This document shows, piece by piece, positions 22,501-37,258 of a stretch of 64,000 nt of DNA. Every line of letters begins with the position of its first letter. The stretch's first letter is position 1. The DNA comes from Chloroflexota bacterium. GTDB taxonomy: Bacteria; Chloroflexota; UBA11872; VXOZ01. The DNA is taken from NCBI GenBank assembly GCA_963663275.1, contig OY760183.1:768001-832000 (forward strand), written 5' to 3'. The translations under genes and the position numbers were made by a program. The notes beneath the pieces were generated by a model. The model saw only the letters and a list, made by a program, of their open reading frames with translations. It was not told the DNA's origin and did not search any database.

Positions 22501-25500
22501 AGCGTGACGGTGAACGTAACCGACGGCAAGGACAGCAGCAACAATGACGACAGCAGCATCGACGACACCATCACCGTAACCATCAACGTGACGGACGTGA
22601 ACGAGCCGCCGGCCAAGCCGGCCGCACCGACGGTGTCGGCCAACAGCACGACGCCGACGAGCAAGCTGGACGTAAGCTGGACGGCGCCGACGATGACCGG
22701 CAAGCCGGCCATAACCGACTACGACGTGCAGTACCGCAAGCACGGCGAGTCCTCGTGGACGGACGCCTCCTTCACGGGCACGGGCACGAGCACGACCCTG
22801 AGCAGCCTGACCGCGAGCAAGAGCTACGAGGTGCAGGTGCGCGCCACGAACGACGAAGGGACGAGCGACTGGTCGGATTCGGGCACGGCGATCACCGACG
22901 GGAACGCGGTGACCCGCAGCATTGCCGAGAACTCGGCGGCGGGCACGGCGGTAGGGGCCGCGGTGACCGCCAGTTCCAACCCGAACGACTACACCCTGAC
23001 GCACAGTCTGGGCGGGACGGACGCCGGCAAGTTCACGATCGAGAGCGGCAGCGGCCAGATAAAGGTGAAGACGGGCACGAACCTGGACTACGAGACGAAG
23101 ACCAGTTACAGCGTGACGGTGACGGTCGCGGCGGCGGTGGCGCAGAGCGAAGGCGCTAACAGTCAATCGGTGTCGCCGAACAACCCCGGCAACTACGTGA
23201 TACCGGTGACGATCAACGTAACCGACGTGAACGAAGCGCCGGAGTTTACCGGCAGCACGGCCACGCGGAGCATCGCCGAGAACTCGGCGGTAGGGACCAA
23301 CGTGGGCGCGGCGGTGACGGCGACCGACGTGGACGGCGATACGCTGGAGTATTCGCTGACGGGCACCGACGCGGGTAAGTTCGACATCAGCTCGAGCACG
23401 GGCCAGATCACGGTAAAGACGGGCCACGTGCCCAACTACGAAGCCAAGACCTCGTACAGCGTGACGGTGAACGTGAGCGACAAGAAGAACGCGAGCGGCA
23501 CGGCGGACACGGCGATCGACGACACGATTGCGGTGACGATCAACGTGACGGACGTGGACGAGCCGCCGGATGCGCCGGCCGCGCCGACGGTGTCGGCCAA
23601 CAGCACAACGCCGACCAGCAAGCTGGACGTAAGCTGGACCGCGCCGACGATGACCGGCAAGCCGGCAATCAGCGACTACGACGTGCAGTACCGCAAGCAC
23701 GGAGATTCGTCATGGACGGACGCCTCGTTCACGGGCACGGGCACGAGCACCACGCTGACGGGTCTGACCGCGGGCAAGAGCTACGAGGTGCAGGTGCGGG
23801 CCACGAACGATGAAGGCACGAGCGCTTGGTCGGATTCGGGCACGGCCATTACCGACGGCAGCGGCGTGACCCGCAGCATCGCCGAGAATTCGGCGGCGGG
23901 CACGGCGGTAGGCGCGGCGGTGACGGCCAGTTCCAACCCGAACGACTACACGCTGACGCACAGTCTGAGCGGAACGGACGCCGGCAAGTTCACGATTGAG
24001 AGCGGCAGCGGCCAGATTAAGGTGAAGACCGGCACGAACCTGGACTACGAGACGAAGAAGAGCTACAGCGTGACGGTGACGGTGGCGGCGACGGTGGCGC
24101 AAAGCGAAGGCGCTAACAGTCAGTCGGTCGCGCCGAACAACCCCGGCAGTTACGTGATACCGGTGACGATCAACGTGACCGACGTGAACGAGAAGCCGGA
24201 ACTCTCGGATGGGACGTCGGCGACGCGCAGCATCGCCGAGAACTCGGCGGTGGGGACGAACGTGGGCGCGGCGGTGGCCGCGACCGACCAGGACGGCGAT
24301 ACGCTGACCTATTCGCTGACGGGTACCGACGCGGGTAAGTTCGACATCAGCTCGAGCACGGGCCAGATCACGGTGAAGACGGGGCACGTGCCCAACTATG
24401 AAGCCAAGACCTCGTACAGCGTGACGGTGAACGTGACCGATAAGAAGAAGCCGGACGGCACGGCGGACACGGCAATCGACGATACGATTGCGGTGACGAT
24501 CAACGTGACGGACGTCGATGAGCCGCCGGATGCGCCGGCCGCGCCGACGGTGTCGGCCAACAGCACAACGCCGACCAGCAAGCTGGACGTAAGCTGGACG
24601 GCGCCGACGATGACCGGCAAGCCGGCGATCAGCGACTACGACGTGCAGTACCGCAAGCACGGGGATTCCTCCTGGACGGACGCCTCGTTCACGGGCACGG
24701 GCACCAGCACGACGCTGACGGGCCTGACCGCGGGCAAGAGCTACGAGGTGCAGGTGCGGGCCACGAACGATGAAGGCACGAGCGCCTGGTCGGATTCGGG
24801 CACGGCCATTACCGAAGGCAGTGGGGTGACCCGCAGCATCGCCGAGAACTCGGCGGCGGGCACTGCGGTAGGCGCGGCGGTGACGGCGTCGTCGAACCCG
24901 AATAGCTACACCTTGACCCACAGTTTGAGCGGCACGGACGCCGGCAGCTTTACGATCGACAGCGGCAGCGGCCAGATAAAGGTGAAGACCGGGACGAACC
25001 TGGACTACGAGACGAAGAAGAGCTACAGCGTGACGGTGACGGTGGCGGCGTCGGTGGCGCAGAGCGAAGGCGCTAACAGTCAGTCGGTCGCGCCGAACAA
25101 TCCCGGCAACTACATGATCCCGGTGACGATCAACGTGACCGACGTGAACGAGAAGCCGGAACTGACGGACGGGACGTCGGCCACGCGGAGCATCGCCGAG
25201 AACTCGGCGGTGGGCACGAACGTGGGCGCGGCGGTGGCCGCGACCGACCAGGACGGCGATACGCTGACCTATTCGCTGACCGGTACCGACGCGGCGAAGT
25301 TCGACATCAGCTCGACCACGGGCCAGATCACGGTGAAGACGGGCCACGTGCCCAATTACGAGGCCAAGACCTCGTACAGCGTGACGGTGAACGTGACCGA
25401 TAAGAAGAAGCCCGACGGCACGGCGGACACGGCGATCGACGACACGATCGCGGTGACGATCAACGTGACGGACGTGAATGAGCCGCCGGCGGCCCCGGAC

Positions 25501-28428
25501 GCGCCGACGGTGACGATCCATGCCACCTCGCCGGAAACGAAGCTCGACGTAAGCTGGACGGCGCCGGACATGACGGGCAAACCGGCCATCAGCGACTACG
25601 ACGTGCAGTACCGGAAGCATGGCGATTCCTCCTGGTCGGACGCCTCGTTCACGGGCACGGGCACGAGCACGACGTTGACGGGCCTGACCGCGGGCAAGAG
25701 CTACGAGGTGCAGGTGCGCGCCACGAACAACGAAGGCACCGGCCCTTGGTCGGCTTCGGGTTCGGCGATCACCGACGGAAACGCGGTGAGCCGCAGTGTG
25801 CCGGAGAACTCCGCGGCGGGCACGAACGTGGGCGCGGCGGTGACGGCCAGTTCCAATCCGAACAACTACACCTTGACGCACACGATGAGCGGCACGGACG
25901 CCGGCAAATTCACGATTGACAGCGGCACCGGCCAAATCAAGGTGAAGAGCGGCACGAACTTGGACTACGAGACGAAGAACAGCTACAGCGTGACGGTGAC
26001 GGTGAAGGCGGCGGTGGCGCAGACCCAAGGCGCAAAAAAGCAGTCGGTGGCGCCGAACAATCCCGGCAACTACGTGATCCCGGTGACGATCAAGGTGACC
26101 GACGTGAACGAGAAGCCGGAACTGTCGGAGGGGACGTCGGCGACGCGGAGCATCGCCGAGAACTCGCCGGTAGGGACGAACGTGGGCGCGGCGGTGACGG
26201 CAACCGACGTTGACGGCGATACGCTGACCTATTCGCTGACGGGCACCGACGCTGGGAAGTTCGACATCGGGTCGGGCACGGGCCAGATCACGGTGAAGAC
26301 GGGCCACGTGCCCAACTATGAAGCCAAGACTTCGTACAGCGTGACGGTGAACGTGACCGATAAGAAGAAACCCGACGGCACGGCGGACACGGCAATCGAC
26401 GACACGATCGCGGTGACGATCAACGTGACGGACGTGAACGAGCCGCCGCCGCAATTGGCCGCGCCGACGGTGACGACGAATGCCGCCTCGCCGACGGGCA
26501 AGCTGGACGTGAGTTGGGCAGCGCCGACGACCCAGCAGATGGCCGGCAAGCCGGCCGTGAACGACTACGACGTGCGCTACCGGAAACACGGCGACGCCAA
26601 CTGGACGGACGCCTCGTTCAGCGGCACGGGCACGAGCACTACCCTGGTAGGTGTGACGGCCAGCAAGAGCTATGAGGTGCAGGTGCGCGCCGGAAACGTG
26701 GAAGGAGAGGGCGCTTGGTCGCCTTCGGGCTCGGCCATAACCGACGGGGACGCGGTCACGCGCAGCATCGCCGAGAATTCGCCGGCGGGCACGGCGGTAG
26801 GCGCGGCGGTGACGGCCAGTTCCAACCCGAACAACTACACCTTGACGCACTCGTTGAGCGGAACGGACGCCGGGAAGTTCAGCATCGATAGCGGGACGGG
26901 TCAGATAAAGGTAGGGACGGGCACGTCGCTGGACTACGAGACGAAGACAAGCTACAGCGTAGTCGTGACGATAGCGGCGGCGAGTAGCGGCGGCGGAGCA
27001 TCGGCTAATTCGGTGGCGCCGAACAATCCCGGCAACTACGTGGTGCCGGTGACGATCAGAGTGACGGACGTGAATGAAATATCGGAGTTCACGGACGGGA
27101 CCACGGCCACGCGGAGCATAGTGGAGAACGCGTCGGTGGGGACGAACGTGGGCGCGGTAGTGACGGCGACGGACGTTGACGGCGATACGCTGACGTATTC
27201 GCTGCTGGGGACGGACGCGGACTCGTTCACCATCGTAGCGTCCACTGGGCAGATAAAGGTGAAGGCGGGCCACGTGCCCGACTACGAGACGAAGAATTCG
27301 TACAGTCTGTCGGTAGGCGCGAGCGACGGCAAGGACGCTAACGACAATCCGGATAACGCGGTGGACACCACGATACCGGTGAAGATCACGGTGACGGACG
27401 TCGATGAGCCGCCGGACGCGCCGGCCGCGCCGACGGTGACGACCAATGCGACGACGCCGACGAGCAAGTTGGACGTGAGTTGGACGGCGCCGGACACGAC
27501 CGGGAAGACGGCGATACACGACTACGACGTGCGCTACCGTGCGGATGGCGCTTCCGGCTGGACGGACGCATCGTTCAGCGGGACGGGCACGAGCACGACG
27601 CTGACCGGGCTGGACGCGGGCACCACGTATGCGGTGCAGGTGAGGGCCCGGAACTACGAGGGCGTAAGCGGCTGGTCGCCCTCGGGTAAAGGCAAGACGG
27701 ATCAGTCCAAGAATAAGGCCCCTCGGCAATTGCTGCCGCTGACGCCGACTCCGACGCCGTCGCTAGACCCATCGACGCCGCTATTGCAGGCGACGCCGGT
27801 GCTAGACCCCTCGGCGCCGCGCGTGCCGGGACCGACTACCCCCATCTTCTTGGGCAAGAGCGCGTGCGCGTCGGCCTATGACTTTGGGAAGACGATGCAC
27901 CTGGATCGACACGACGGCGGGGCTGACCTGGATATCGAGATTGGCTCGATCTCGGCCGACGGCAGCATAGAGGTAAAGGGCTTCATCCGGGACAGCGACC
28001 TGGGCCAGACCTATAGCATCGTGCGCTACGAGGCCGATGGCCGCGTGGTGCGGGTGTGGGTGGATCCGGACGACCCGTTGATCCATGAAATCCCCTGGGA
28101 AGAGGTGAACACGAAGTTCACGGTGCCGGTCTGCGTGGTGGTGGCGATCCCGCTGGACGACCAGTTCCCGGCTGTGGGGCAAATGGTGAGGCGGTTCGAC
28201 GGCCAGGACGACCGGATCTTCCGGCACGTGGGCAACCTGGTGTGGCGTCACATACCGGACGAAGGCACATTCCAGTCGCTGGGTTACCACTGGTGCAACG
28301 TGACAGCGGCCAACGCGGGCTACTTCGACCAGATCAACATCGGCGAGCCGCTTCCCAGCAGCGGGACGGCGCCGAAGGACGACTACCCAAGTTGTTGGGT
28401 CTGGGGAGAGGAGCCTCGCTCCCGGTAA
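19597..28428 (+). CDS. Giant secreted surface protein 2 (Ig/FN3/cadherin repeats, conserved C-terminal domain)
   Basis: Paralog of gene 1 with a near-identical signal peptide and one more ~320-aa repeat unit; GGAG SD before ATG 19597 (ORF track starts at 19501). Confidence 0.88.
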   Translation: MSGTVSRYSLARQNARKRSIGWLALALALFAVSFLISPIASAQAASVSGWAESESVQAQSDPTPTPEPTATPTPAPLAFNVTGISDQQYMKGVSFGTLNLPAATGGSGSLTYSLSGTLPAGLTFSASARTISGTPTESRGTVSLAYAATDGTDTAFIRFSLLEAMEQKTPTPVPVPPAPGGVSAIRGTGTLTVSWNAAAGATGYNVNWTDDHKSSWKRGASNESGTSVTLSDIDDSKDYYVAVQAVNGSGASGWTDSGLIKAAPQPTPTPKPVPTATPTPVPAPPAPSGVSASRGVGTLNVSWNAAAGATGYNVNWTDDGKASWNRGASNVSGTSVTLNNIDATKDYYVSVQAVNAGGASGWTDSSLITAGQPSLQATPTPADLSFSVNDIADRNYTSGVAFGTLNLPEATGGSGSLTYSLSGTLPAGLSFDSSARTISGTPTEGKGTVALTYQVTDGTDTASIKFNLLEAQEEARAQNNQAPETIASTHDTHHQINPSSDPPGGDNQCYHNHGVSYPSGESSYFSDPDGDTLTITSTSSHPALAAITQVTPVRIRANHPADTWVTITTTATDPGGLSANFTWKYKMTCTTALSVNENSAAGTDVGSVGRKGNSNAAASQYTIEGDAANAFTINSSSGLIEVKSGASLDYETKSSYSGTVKYKASKTVDGTSYTNDSARSVTININNVGGPSANTPTVTRDATTPTTKLDVSWTASTSTHANGVTDYDVQYRLTGASSWTSKSHTGTTTSTELTGLTAGKSYEVQVRATDGEGTGSWSSSGTAITQYTTQTRSIAENSTGNVGAAVDADSNPKGYTLSYSLGGTDASSFDISSSTGQITVATGTTLDYETKKSYSVTVTMAVSGTTSVTGTGNTGLSPNGTGNYLIPVTINITDVNETPQFPKDTDTRSIAENSAAGTNIGAAVTASAGQAALTYSLTGTNASDFDIVSTSGQIRVKSALNYESKTSYSVTVNVTDGKDSSNNDDSSIDDTITVTINVTDVNEPPAKPAAPTVSANSTTPTSKLDVSWTAPTMTGKPAITDYDVQYRKHGESSWTDASFTGTGTSTTLSSLTASKSYEVQVRATNDEGTSDWSDSGTAITDGNAVTRSIAENSAAGTAVGAAVTASSNPNDYTLTHSLGGTDAGKFTIESGSGQIKVKTGTNLDYETKTSYSVTVTVAAAVAQSEGANSQSVSPNNPGNYVIPVTINVTDVNEAPEFTGSTATRSIAENSAVGTNVGAAVTATDVDGDTLEYSLTGTDAGKFDISSSTGQITVKTGHVPNYEAKTSYSVTVNVSDKKNASGTADTAIDDTIAVTINVTDVDEPPDAPAAPTVSANSTTPTSKLDVSWTAPTMTGKPAISDYDVQYRKHGDSSWTDASFTGTGTSTTLTGLTAGKSYEVQVRATNDEGTSAWSDSGTAITDGSGVTRSIAENSAAGTAVGAAVTASSNPNDYTLTHSLSGTDAGKFTIESGSGQIKVKTGTNLDYETKKSYSVTVTVAATVAQSEGANSQSVAPNNPGSYVIPVTINVTDVNEKPELSDGTSATRSIAENSAVGTNVGAAVAATDQDGDTLTYSLTGTDAGKFDISSSTGQITVKTGHVPNYEAKTSYSVTVNVTDKKKPDGTADTAIDDTIAVTINVTDVDEPPDAPAAPTVSANSTTPTSKLDVSWTAPTMTGKPAISDYDVQYRKHGDSSWTDASFTGTGTSTTLTGLTAGKSYEVQVRATNDEGTSAWSDSGTAITEGSGVTRSIAENSAAGTAVGAAVTASSNPNSYTLTHSLSGTDAGSFTIDSGSGQIKVKTGTNLDYETKKSYSVTVTVAASVAQSEGANSQSVAPNNPGNYMIPVTINVTDVNEKPELTDGTSATRSIAENSAVGTNVGAAVAATDQDGDTLTYSLTGTDAAKFDISSTTGQITVKTGHVPNYEAKTSYSVTVNVTDKKKPDGTADTAIDDTIAVTINVTDVNEPPAAPDAPTVTIHATSPETKLDVSWTAPDMTGKPAISDYDVQYRKHGDSSWSDASFTGTGTSTTLTGLTAGKSYEVQVRATNNEGTGPWSASGSAITDGNAVSRSVPENSAAGTNVGAAVTASSNPNNYTLTHTMSGTDAGKFTIDSGTGQIKVKSGTNLDYETKNSYSVTVTVKAAVAQTQGAKKQSVAPNNPGNYVIPVTIKVTDVNEKPELSEGTSATRSIAENSPVGTNVGAAVTATDVDGDTLTYSLTGTDAGKFDIGSGTGQITVKTGHVPNYEAKTSYSVTVNVTDKKKPDGTADTAIDDTIAVTINVTDVNEPPPQLAAPTVTTNAASPTGKLDVSWAAPTTQQMAGKPAVNDYDVRYRKHGDANWTDASFSGTGTSTTLVGVTASKSYEVQVRAGNVEGEGAWSPSGSAITDGDAVTRSIAENSPAGTAVGAAVTASSNPNNYTLTHSLSGTDAGKFSIDSGTGQIKVGTGTSLDYETKTSYSVVVTIAAASSGGGASANSVAPNNPGNYVVPVTIRVTDVNEISEFTDGTTATRSIVENASVGTNVGAVVTATDVDGDTLTYSLLGTDADSFTIVASTGQIKVKAGHVPDYETKNSYSLSVGASDGKDANDNPDNAVDTTIPVKITVTDVDEPPDAPAAPTVTTNATTPTSKLDVSWTAPDTTGKTAIHDYDVRYRADGASGWTDASFSGTGTSTTLTGLDAGTTYAVQVRARNYEGVSGWSPSGKGKTDQSKNKAPRQLLPLTPTPTPSLDPSTPLLQATPVLDPSAPRVPGPTTPIFLGKSACASAYDFGKTMHLDRHDGGADLDIEIGSISADGSIEVKGFIRDSDLGQTYSIVRYEADGRVVRVWVDPDDPLIHEIPWEEVNTKFTVPVCVVVAIPLDDQFPAVGQMVRRFDGQDDRIFRHVGNLVWRHIPDEGTFQSLGYHWCNVTAANAGYFDQINIGEPLPSSGTAPKDDYPSCWVWGEEPRSR

Positions 28429-28476
28429 CGCCGGGCCGCTTGAGGTAGGGCTTTCGGCGTAAGCAGAGACAAAGTG

Positions 28477-28520
28477 GAGAGGCCGTCCCGCGGAGTGAAA
28501 TCCGCGGGGCGGCCTCTCTG
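28477..28520 (+). terminator. Terminator-like hairpin after adhesin 2
   Basis: GAGAGGCCGTCCCGCGGA / TCCGCGGGGCGGCCTCTC stem; weak U-tract. Confidence 0.6.
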
Positions 28521-28769
28521 CGCGTGCCCGGTTCCAACGGCGAAAACCCGGAAGCCACACCCCCGCGATGCAGGCTTGGCGGCAGTTTCTCGCGCTCCGG
28601 CGGGGGACAAGCCCCCGCGCTACGTTAACGCGACAGCATTGGGGACAAGCCCCCGGGCTACGCTAATGCGACGGCATGGGGGTGAGGTGGGAGAATGAGA
28701 CTCCCTCTCCCTGGGGAGAGGGCCGGGGTGAGGGGGGAGAGCAGGGGGAGATACCCGGAACTTCCCCGG

Positions 28770-28835
28770 TTTTTTCCGGTTTCTCCTATTTTACCCCCAG
28801 AATCGCTTGCGCCGTTTAGATGCGTCGTGTATTAT
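28770..28835 (+). promoter_or_regulatory. T-tracts plus sigma70-like promoter of adhesin cassette 3
   Basis: T-tracts ending at 28792; TTGCGC (28807-28812), 17 nt, TATTAT (28830-28835). Confidence 0.65.
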
Positions 28836-28953
28836 CTGTCTGTAACATTAGAGGCATACACAACGAATGTAGGATGATAGCAGATAGCATCAGATGAATC
28901 GGAATTATGTCTTGCACAGTGTATTGGGAACGTCACACAAGCAAGCGGAATTC

Positions 28954-29289
28954 ATCGCGCATGGCCGAGAGGTACGGGGGGCGCTCCCGCCTCTCGTCCT
29001 GCCGTCCTCCATCCCCGCACAGGCTGCTCCGTCCCTTGGCCGGGACGGAGCGCCAGTGTTCGCCGGGTGGAGGGCAGCGCAGATGGGCGTGAGCAGTAGC
29101 GTAGCGGGCGTTCGCCGGCCGGCTACAGCGGATGTAGTGAGCGAAACGGAGGGCGCGGAGATTTAGGTTCATTCTGAGCGAGGCCGTTCACCAAAAGCGG
29201 CACGCTCACAGGTAGCGCCGCCAGCGCGCGGCCGCCGGAGAACGTGGCAAGCCAGAGACCGAGTGAGGAGTTTGTCGAGAGCGCTTGCC
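28954..29289 (+). ncRNA. Candidate structured cis-regulatory leader RNA, copy 3
   Basis: Same conserved blocks and stems, although the downstream signal peptide has diverged. Confidence 0.6.
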
Positions 29290-29364
29290 GATGGGTTTCG
29301 GCGCGATTGTGCGCAGCGGTCGGGATGAGGGATCGGTTTTTCTAGCAATGCTATGGAGCGTGTC

Positions 29365-36243
<6,879 letters not shown>

Positions 36244-36272
36244 GCAAAGACGCGCTCCGCGCGCTGAACAGG

Positions 36273-36297
36273 GGGTGACCGGCCGGAGCGGTCACCC
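36273..36297. terminator. Hairpin between convergent genes
   Basis: GGGTGACCG / CGGTCACCC 9-bp stem, no U-tract. Confidence 0.35.
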
Positions 36298-36406
36298 GCC
36301 GAGAAGCCTCCCCAAGGCAAGCCTGGCGCAAGAAGAGGCAAGCCTGGGGAGGTTCTCTTGTGGGTTGCGTGGGCGGGTCGCGGAGAGCGTGATAGGAATG
36401 GTCTCC

Positions 36407-36850
36407 TCAGGAAGAGGGGGCGCTCTCCGCGCCGGCCGGCGTCTCCGCGCGCTGGATGGCGGTGCTGCCTTCTTTGGTGAGGATCATGGCCGCGGTTTCC
36501 AGGTCGATGCCCTGGACCACCACCAGCGCCTGCACGCTGGTATCGGCCACCTCCAGCGGCAGCGGCCGCGGCCGGGTGAGCCGAATGTTGAGAAACGCGC
36601 CGGCCGCGCCGGTCAGGACGGCAATGGGCAGCAGAAACTCGCCCGGCGCCACGAAGACGGCGGTCAGGCCCAAGGCCGCGCCGATCACGCCGCCTTGCGC
36701 CCCGCGCAGCGCGCGCCGGAAGAGAGCGGCGCGCGGTCCGGCGTGGTCTACCTTCAGCATCTCCACGTCGAAACCCTGCGCCGCCAGTTCCTCCACCGCC
36801 TGCAGCGCCGCGTTCCGCGTGTGAAACGAGCCGATAAGTTTGCTTGCCAT
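36407..36850 (-). CDS. Hypothetical membrane protein (general-stress/glycine-zipper-like)
   Basis: LIGSF...ALQAVEELAAQGF N-terminus, then GAQGGVIGAALG hydrophobic hairpin. Confidence 0.6.
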   Translation of the reverse strand: MASKLIGSFHTRNAALQAVEELAAQGFDVEMLKVDHAGPRAALFRRALRGAQGGVIGAALGLTAVFVAPGEFLLPIAVLTGAAGAFLNIRLTRPRPLPLEVADTSVQALVVVQGIDLETAAMILTKEGSTAIQRAETPAGAESAPSS

Positions 36851-36867
36851 CGTGGCACTCCTATTGG

Positions 36868-37065
36868 CTAGCGGGCGCGGCGCATCCATTGCGACACGTG
36901 GTGGGCGGTAGCTTGGATGAACGTGTCGCGGCGCCGCTGCCACTGCCGCAGGCTAACGTTGGGCGGAGGTGTGGTAGCCCGCAGCAGCGCCGCGGTTTCG
37001 CGCAAGGTGTACGCTCCCCCGAAGAGAGCGGCTTCAGGGTGTTCCAGTCTCGCGACTTGCGCCAT
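36868..37065 (-). pseudogene. Short HTH-like ORF, possibly a truncated antitoxin or DNA-binding protein
   Basis: GAYTLRETAALL...HVSQWMRR resembles an N-terminal MerR/excisionase-type HTH; stops after 65 aa. Confidence 0.3.
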
Positions 37066-37179
37066 GGCGCGCTGCCTTTGTTATGAACGAGAGGGCGTAT
37101 GCAACCGGCGGAGGAATGATGCGAGCGCACGCGGCCCCGCTGCGAAGCGCGCCGCTCTTGCCGCGCCGGTGGTGCGGTT

Positions 37180-37208
37180 TTGGATGCGTTACGGCGCTCT
37201 GGTATAAT
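37180..37208 (+). promoter_or_regulatory. sigma70-like promoter of the EF-G-like gene
   Basis: TTGGAT, 17 nt, extended -10 TGgTATAAT. Confidence 0.6.
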
Positions 37209-37258
37209 GCCAAACTTAAGTGCACTATACCTCTTTCTCCAGTAAGGGTACAAACCGT

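Noticed and set aside
13487-27729. Long antisense ORFs (13487-16681, 19624-21828, 23710-27729 and similar)
   Set aside because: Arg/His-rich shadow frames of GC-rich repetitive genes with no protein motifs
17848-28428. Diversity-generating retroelement acting on the similar C-termini
   Set aside because: No reverse transcriptase or non-coding template repeat, and the differences are not adenine-specific
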